From: a bacterium | Lineage (GTDB): Bacteria; Patescibacteriota; Minisyncoccia; Moranbacterales; DUUL01 | Direction of reading: 5' to 3' | Length of the DNA: 64,000 bases | Assembly: GCA_018675685.1 (NCBI GenBank) | Contig: JABGXP010000007.1 | Coordinates: 49,283-113,282 of the forward strand | In this document: positions 60,801 to 64,000 of the stretch, one piece after another | Layout: each line of letters opens with the position of its first letter | Numbering within the stretch: position 1 is the first letter of the stretch | The notes under the pieces: model-generated | Seen by the model: the letters and a program-made list of their open reading frames with translations, nothing else | Database searches by the model: none | What the model was told of the DNA's origin: nothing | Program-made: the position numbers and the translations under genes

Positions 60801-62323
60801 CGAATACAACAGCTCCAGGGGCCCCAATTAATGTCCAAATTTTTGACACCTCAGATCGAGAAAACGAAGAATACAGCGTGGCAGTTAAATGGACGGCACC
60901 GGGAGCAATGGACGAAGAAAACTTCTCAGGTTATGTGATTTATAGTTCAGAAGACCAGGAGACTTGGACTCAAGTTGCAACAACTTCGGGGACAGCTTAT
61001 GTAGACACTGAACTGGAGAGCAAAATGTATTATTATTACTTAAAAGCCAAAGACAATACCAATAATTTATCGATTGCTTCAAGTGAAGTTAGCATTATTC
61101 CGACCGGTCGTTATACTAGTCCACCGACTTTAGTGACAGAACCTGAGCCTACTATTCACGCCTTTGAGGCAGAATTTACCTGGGCTACTAATCGAGTCGC
61201 TAGTTCATTTATTGAATATGGAAAGTCTATGTCATTAAGTGAAACCACAGGACAGGTAGACAGTGTGACAGCCCATTTAGTTGAAGTTAAAGGTTTGAGC
61301 GCCGAAACTAAATATTATTATCGAGCTAAATATATTGATCCAGATGGAAACATCGGAATGTCTGATATTTATACAATAGAAACATTCCCGCCTCCAACAA
61401 TTTCCGAAGTTGTTATTGCCGACATTGGTCTTAATTCAGCTACGATTTCTTGGAGTACTAATGCAAGTGCTACTTGTACTTTTAAATATGGAGAAGGTTC
61501 ATTGGGAAGCACCATCGAAGAATCTTCGTCGGGAAGCAGTCATGTAACAAAGCTCAGTGATTTAAATAGTTCGAGCACCTATAAATTTCAGATAGACGCT
61601 ATTGACGGAGATCTTAATGAATTTAGTTCAGATGAATATAATTTTACAACTCTTGAACAGCCAATGGTAAGTGATTTAACAGTCGAGAACAAAGATAATG
61701 TTGATCTCCCAACAGTGATAGTCAAGTATAAAACTAGCCTCGAGACTACGACTTTGGTTAAATTTAAATATGACGGAGAGGCTTCATTTCATAATAATTT
61801 AAATAATGAGAAAAAAATAGAACACGAAGTTGAGATTGAAGGTCTCGCGCCATCAGTTGAATATGAAATTGTGGCAAGTGGAACGGATGCTTTTGGAGTA
61901 GAAGCTGTTACACAAGAAGTTAAAATAAAAACTAGAGCAGATAGTCGTCCTCCAGGAGTTTTGAGTAATCGAGCAGTAGGAAGAGTTATTGGAAGAGGGA
62001 AAAATTCAAATGCCAATATGTATGTTAAAATTGAAACAGATGAATCAACGACAGCTAAAATTTTCTACAACAGTGGTGTTGCAACAAGTAATTTTGAGCA
62101 AAGTTCAGCTGAGGACCCTTTCAACACATATCATTTGATAACCATTCCCGTTGATCCAGGTCAGGCCTATAGTTATATTGTTAAACTCTTCGATGAATCT
62201 GGAAATGAAACTGTGACAAAACCATCAACAATAGTGGTAGAGGGCGCAAAACAAAATGCAACTGAAATCGTTACAGGTACTTTTGTGAATAAATTTAATT
62301 GGATGACAAAACTATGGGAGTAA
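54869..62323 (+). CDS. Giant anchored surface protein: 2 x 12 kelch blades plus FN3/Ig-like stalk
   Basis: Lys-rich N-tail and TM; repeats of G..Y..RG....FYRYD....W; FN3-like repeats (WATN, Y.Y.IDA.D); TTG start uncertain. Confidence 0.88.
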   Translation: MKKNLSRAKIKKFSKSFLFGKKAKEKSLRIRDFLRLSGSKKVKEKETSTRKRLSEKEIKKIIGKKYYFIKAGSFFSSGLACFLKSFFKFFRKLSFQTVKIALILVLIYLVTPGSLGAPESQTITTRSQWEAGTLTEVSTTSSLDAIQLETAGTWEARAWAPTPDTVSFGSASALVGDYLYLARGYGDKAFYRYDINRNEWSLIDDLPQPSHYGADISYDGAGNLYFIFGGYSKDFYRYNIENEEWTQLPDLLDTVYQGASIEFDGTDFYIPRGQASTDFWRFDVSENSWYNLAPVPSTVYRGSNMVYGENGKMYLNRGYNQRTFWEYDISSNVWTAKTITPASFYGEQKGAYYDGHIYYLRSNNTNLFYRYDIAGDSWETLENTPLTNNYSSINYNSDDGNFYVVRANGQYTLWKFDPESGSNGEWLGPEDLPATANTGADLIWNQVTGAGAYIFAARGGGTNFYRYDISANGWETRASAPGALRYDTKGTFHDGYVYIPQGGNNTSFYRYDTVANSWTTLAAAPATLRYGSNASYNTDDGYIYVNRGNAQDDFYRYDIAGDSWEIIDDIITAEGTSYRPYSGGRMISDGTDLYLMPGDGESAFLKYDTGTNIWSELSRSPFAQYYGTDMTYYNGKIHALAGNYKDDNWVYDIAEDSWIKLRNVQKYTYNRGPYNGASIEYAGGNSFYALPGGGTVDMWSYTLSASNYEDSGTYVSESIDLSHVDSFSTLTGVEDVPVNTAIVYQTRSSDDEATWSAWEALGSSSTIQSDERRYLQVKIILSNTDGISTPTVYSYSIIYVSEDVDPQNPDTILAYSQRISGDTLVSEVAYRHAHPYFSWSGATDSGSGVAGYYVYYGSDENADPESVGVFQITDSFQVNIGMTTGNYYLRIKTKDEEANTEDETWEAFTYNYQGASPYLTETVTSQEDFEAGSAETTNVSTSNEVGSVQLEHTDGFWRESRLSYLPVGIRYGGELQYAEAENKIYTFRGNNATSFYAYNLTTEVWETLSPAPETVRMGGSIVKGPDGYLYGSRGQNTPTFWRYDIEDDSWAVMASAPKNFYYGASLNYDDDRYVYALPGNEDAFYRYDTQSNQWTTLTNAEFDNPNEGDGQRAYIGSDGVFDGDNTIYYLQGNYYPYFAKYTIEEDSEAGDEADTWTPLEKAPIGIYSGGSLAYHSDSETVYMLSGNYRQNFFKYDVGSATWSSLPEIPSYAEYGASLEVVGDYIYATRGAGSTAFYRFSIEENSWEVPQRGFFGPSTNAGSNYFDYQRGTEMEEDGSGNIYIMRGDYSDEFGVYHIESGEFSKLANLPVGAYNGAAMVYNEDEGVIYVTNGAIRTDRAGTTHNYFMKYTVSTNVWEIITADRFPYQTNYGSSMVYDGDQYIYSTRGSGSSVWYRYDTLASEGSRWSTALPTISGWVQHYGGQIIYKDVSGTDYIYSTRGGNTNQFYRYDVDGNSWLRMADVPGNVYIGGSLSDGKDGYLYATRGYNSTDFYRYDISNNTWSTIEDVPAQVYYGGSSIFENNYVWTTAGSGTNSYRDGLYSYLVSSEGNDVGFEKTGSYQTNTLDLTDVYHWANLEVDYSSPNNTSLVFYTRSSSDESEWSAWDVATNKESRGSDQYLYNIVSPVARYIQIKAEFSSSDQVYSSLLKEIKVNYYQDIVAPNNPSTTSVYSDNTKTTEISTSTWYSHPNPYFEWPEAEQTDGASDGIDGSGVAGYYVYFGTNAAEDPFVSGMEQTNVTYEPNDLISGDTYYLKIKTIDNAGKVSANSYTAFIYEYDATVPTNPTDTAVTPAGYTAADSYSFLWEADAADLHSGLSKLQYQTGGDGDTWYDISDPATISLELPNLDHVDAAYQSGKNWFYLRTVDQAGNVSTAMEQAYYFSLSAPSPPRNLTVTPVVSTSNNFSFEWEQPESFIGDESKLKYLYSINTLPNAYNTITTTLTAAGPGPFATQKGANRIYVVAMDEAENVDYELFAHVDFEANTTAPGAPINVQIFDTSDRENEEYSVAVKWTAPGAMDEENFSGYVIYSSEDQETWTQVATTSGTAYVDTELESKMYYYYLKAKDNTNNLSIASSEVSIIPTGRYTSPPTLVTEPEPTIHAFEAEFTWATNRVASSFIEYGKSMSLSETTGQVDSVTAHLVEVKGLSAETKYYYRAKYIDPDGNIGMSDIYTIETFPPPTISEVVIADIGLNSATISWSTNASATCTFKYGEGSLGSTIEESSSGSSHVTKLSDLNSSSTYKFQIDAIDGDLNEFSSDEYNFTTLEQPMVSDLTVENKDNVDLPTVIVKYKTSLETTTLVKFKYDGEASFHNNLNNEKKIEHEVEIEGLAPSVEYEIVASGTDAFGVEAVTQEVKIKTRADSRPPGVLSNRAVGRVIGRGKNSNANMYVKIETDESTTAKIFYNSGVATSNFEQSSAEDPFNTYHLITIPVDPGQAYSYIVKLFDESGNETVTKPSTIVVEGAKQNATEIVTGTFVNKFNWMTKLWE

Positions 62324-63153
62324 AACAAAGTAGAAAAAAAAGAATAGAAAATTTCTTTGGAAACTCTTCTCAGTCAAAGTCTCCAAACGTAGAAGGAAAT
62401 AAAGAAATAAAAAACGAGAAAGAACCAGGGAGTCAAGAGAAAAGTAAAGTTTCTCGGATTGTCAAAAAAAATAATAATTCAAAAGAAATTGTCGTTTCTG
62501 TTGAGAATATTAAGAAGAATTTTATCGTTGGTGAAAATAATATCGAAGTTTTAAAGGGAATAGATGTCCAAATTAAAAAGGGAGATTTTGCTATGTTGGT
62601 AGGCCCTTCTGGTTGTGGAAAATCAACCTTATTACATATTATCTATGGATTGGAGTCACCGACTGAAGGCAAAGTCAGAATCTACGGTGATGATATTTGG
62701 TCACATAGCAAAAATTGGCGAGCAGATTTTAGAAATAGCAGTGTTGGATTTATTCCTCAGCAAGCTTTTTGGCTTAAATCATTAAGCGTTCTAGAAAATG
62801 TAGCAATTCCAGCTGTAATTGGAGGAAAGAAGTTTCATGAGGGTCTTGAGAAGGCAGCAGAGATGTTGGAATTAGTTGGGATGGCAAATTGGGCTCACCA
62901 TCGACCATATGATCTTTCTGGTGGACAACAACAAAGAGTAGCTTTGGCCAGGTCTTTATTATTGAATCCATGGCTGATAATTGCTGATGAACCGATTGGG
63001 AATTTAGATCAAAAATCAGGGACGGAATTAATGGATTTAATCCAAGATCTTAATAAAAATTTCAAACTAACTATATTGATGGTGACGCATAATCAAGAGC
63101 AGTTTAAGTATGCTAATAAAGTGATCAAAGTTGTAGACGGTGTGATTGTTTAA
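62299..63153 (+). CDS. ABC transporter ATP-binding protein (LolD/MacB family)
   Basis: GPSGCGKST, LSGGQQQRVALAR, ADEPIGNLD, MVTH. Confidence 0.92.
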   Translation: MDDKTMGVKQSRKKRIENFFGNSSQSKSPNVEGNKEIKNEKEPGSQEKSKVSRIVKKNNNSKEIVVSVENIKKNFIVGENNIEVLKGIDVQIKKGDFAMLVGPSGCGKSTLLHIIYGLESPTEGKVRIYGDDIWSHSKNWRADFRNSSVGFIPQQAFWLKSLSVLENVAIPAVIGGKKFHEGLEKAAEMLELVGMANWAHHRPYDLSGGQQQRVALARSLLLNPWLIIADEPIGNLDQKSGTELMDLIQDLNKNFKLTILMVTHNQEQFKYANKVIKVVDGVIV

Positions 63154-63168
63154 AAATTGTTTTAAAAA

Positions 63169-64000
63169 ATGAAACAACGATCAATTAAAAAAATTGATAA
63201 AAATAAGGGTTTTCTAATGACGACCCCCAAGAAGGAAGGTAAAGGAAAGGGCTGCAATATTAGCTTGGCCATGATTGTTTTTTTGGGCTGGAGAAATTTG
63301 AAAGTTAACAAGACTCGCTCTGTTTTAACTGTAGGTGGAGTGGCTCTGGGAATTGGAATTATCTCTTTTTTACTTTGCATGGGATTCGGAATTCAAAGAA
63401 TGATCATTGAGGAAGTGACAAAGAATAACCCTAGAAATATTTTAGATATAAACAATGGTAATTTAGATAGTTTTGTTTCTTTGAATGATGAGTTTATTGA
63501 AAAAATAGCAGGGATTGAGGGAGTGGAAAGAATCGAAAGACAAGTTAATACCGGAGGAAAAGTTTTTATTGCTGATTCTCAAACAGACGCAGTAATTTAT
63601 GGTGCTAACAGTGGTTATTTGGAATTAGCTAGGATAAAATATAGTCAAAACGAAACTGAATATGTTGATGATCAAGCTAATATTATTATTTCTTCTAAAT
63701 TAGCTGCTCTCTTGGGCTTCGAAAGACCAGCTGAAATTATTGGGGAAAAAATTAAATTTGACGCTGTAGTTTCTAAGGAAATTTCTTCTGGAATGCAAGA
63801 AGAAACAACTAAAACTGAAAATGAGGCCACAATAGTTGGTTTTGTTCAAGATAATGCTTCCTTTTTTTACATACCATTTGATTATTTAAAAGATAATCTT
63901 GGAATTGATTTTGCTCAAAGTGGAAAAGTATTAGTTAATGATGTGGAAAGCTTTGGAATGATTGAAGGACAAATTGAACAAATCGGTTTTTTAACTGAAA
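63169..64000 (+). CDS. MacB/FtsX-like ABC permease (partial; runs off window; absent from ORF track)
   Basis: Open frame from ATG 63169: WRNLKVNKTRSVLTVGGVALGIGIISFLLCMGFG, then a periplasmic-type domain. Confidence 0.88.
   Translation, partial: MKQRSIKKIDKNKGFLMTTPKKEGKGKGCNISLAMIVFLGWRNLKVNKTRSVLTVGGVALGIGIISFLLCMGFGIQRMIIEEVTKNNPRNILDINNGNLDSFVSLNDEFIEKIAGIEGVERIERQVNTGGKVFIADSQTDAVIYGANSGYLELARIKYSQNETEYVDDQANIIISSKLAALLGFERPAEIIGEKIKFDAVVSKEISSGMQEETTKTENEATIVGFVQDNASFFYIPFDYLKDNLGIDFAQSGKVLVNDVESFGMIEGQIEQIGFLTE

Overview
AT-rich bacterial window using the standard code (TGA = stop). Gene content points to Patescibacteria/CPR (Parcubacteria-like; inference): an array of TrbC/VirB2-like pilins, many housekeeping genes without Shine-Dalgarno sequences, and giant surface proteins. 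Left to right: 7 pilin-like genes (9 pilin domains) with an embedded GT-C-like membrane enzyme and a solute-binding lipoprotein; gyrA; tRNA-Pro; trpS with a ~45-aa insertion; guaB/guaA plus an amidohydrolase; tRNA-Val, two tRNA-Leu and tRNA-Ser; rplS; rpsO with a candidate three-way-junction leader RNA; ABC-F; a CDF transporter; two paralogous ECF sigma/anti-sigma pairs with recognisable AAAC..CGT promoters; desulfoferrodoxin and rubrerythrin; rsgA; gap and fba; a redox locus (NapH-like polyferredoxin, signal-less ApbE, MsrQ-like di-heme protein, small anchored proteins, no canonical flavinylation motif seen); pyrF/pyrE; a duplicated ferritin-like gene flanking a Cys-rich surface protein and an RRxFLK/JAB-like protein; a PilB-like ATPase truncated at Walker B; and a 2484-aa protein with 24 kelch blades followed by a MacB-type ABC transporter. 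No CRISPR array, transposase, integrase or rRNA was seen. The best candidate for an undescribed system is the ApbE locus, which may use a non-canonical C-terminal (..KTKSS) flavinylation substrate. All calls come from reading motifs by eye; no searches were run.
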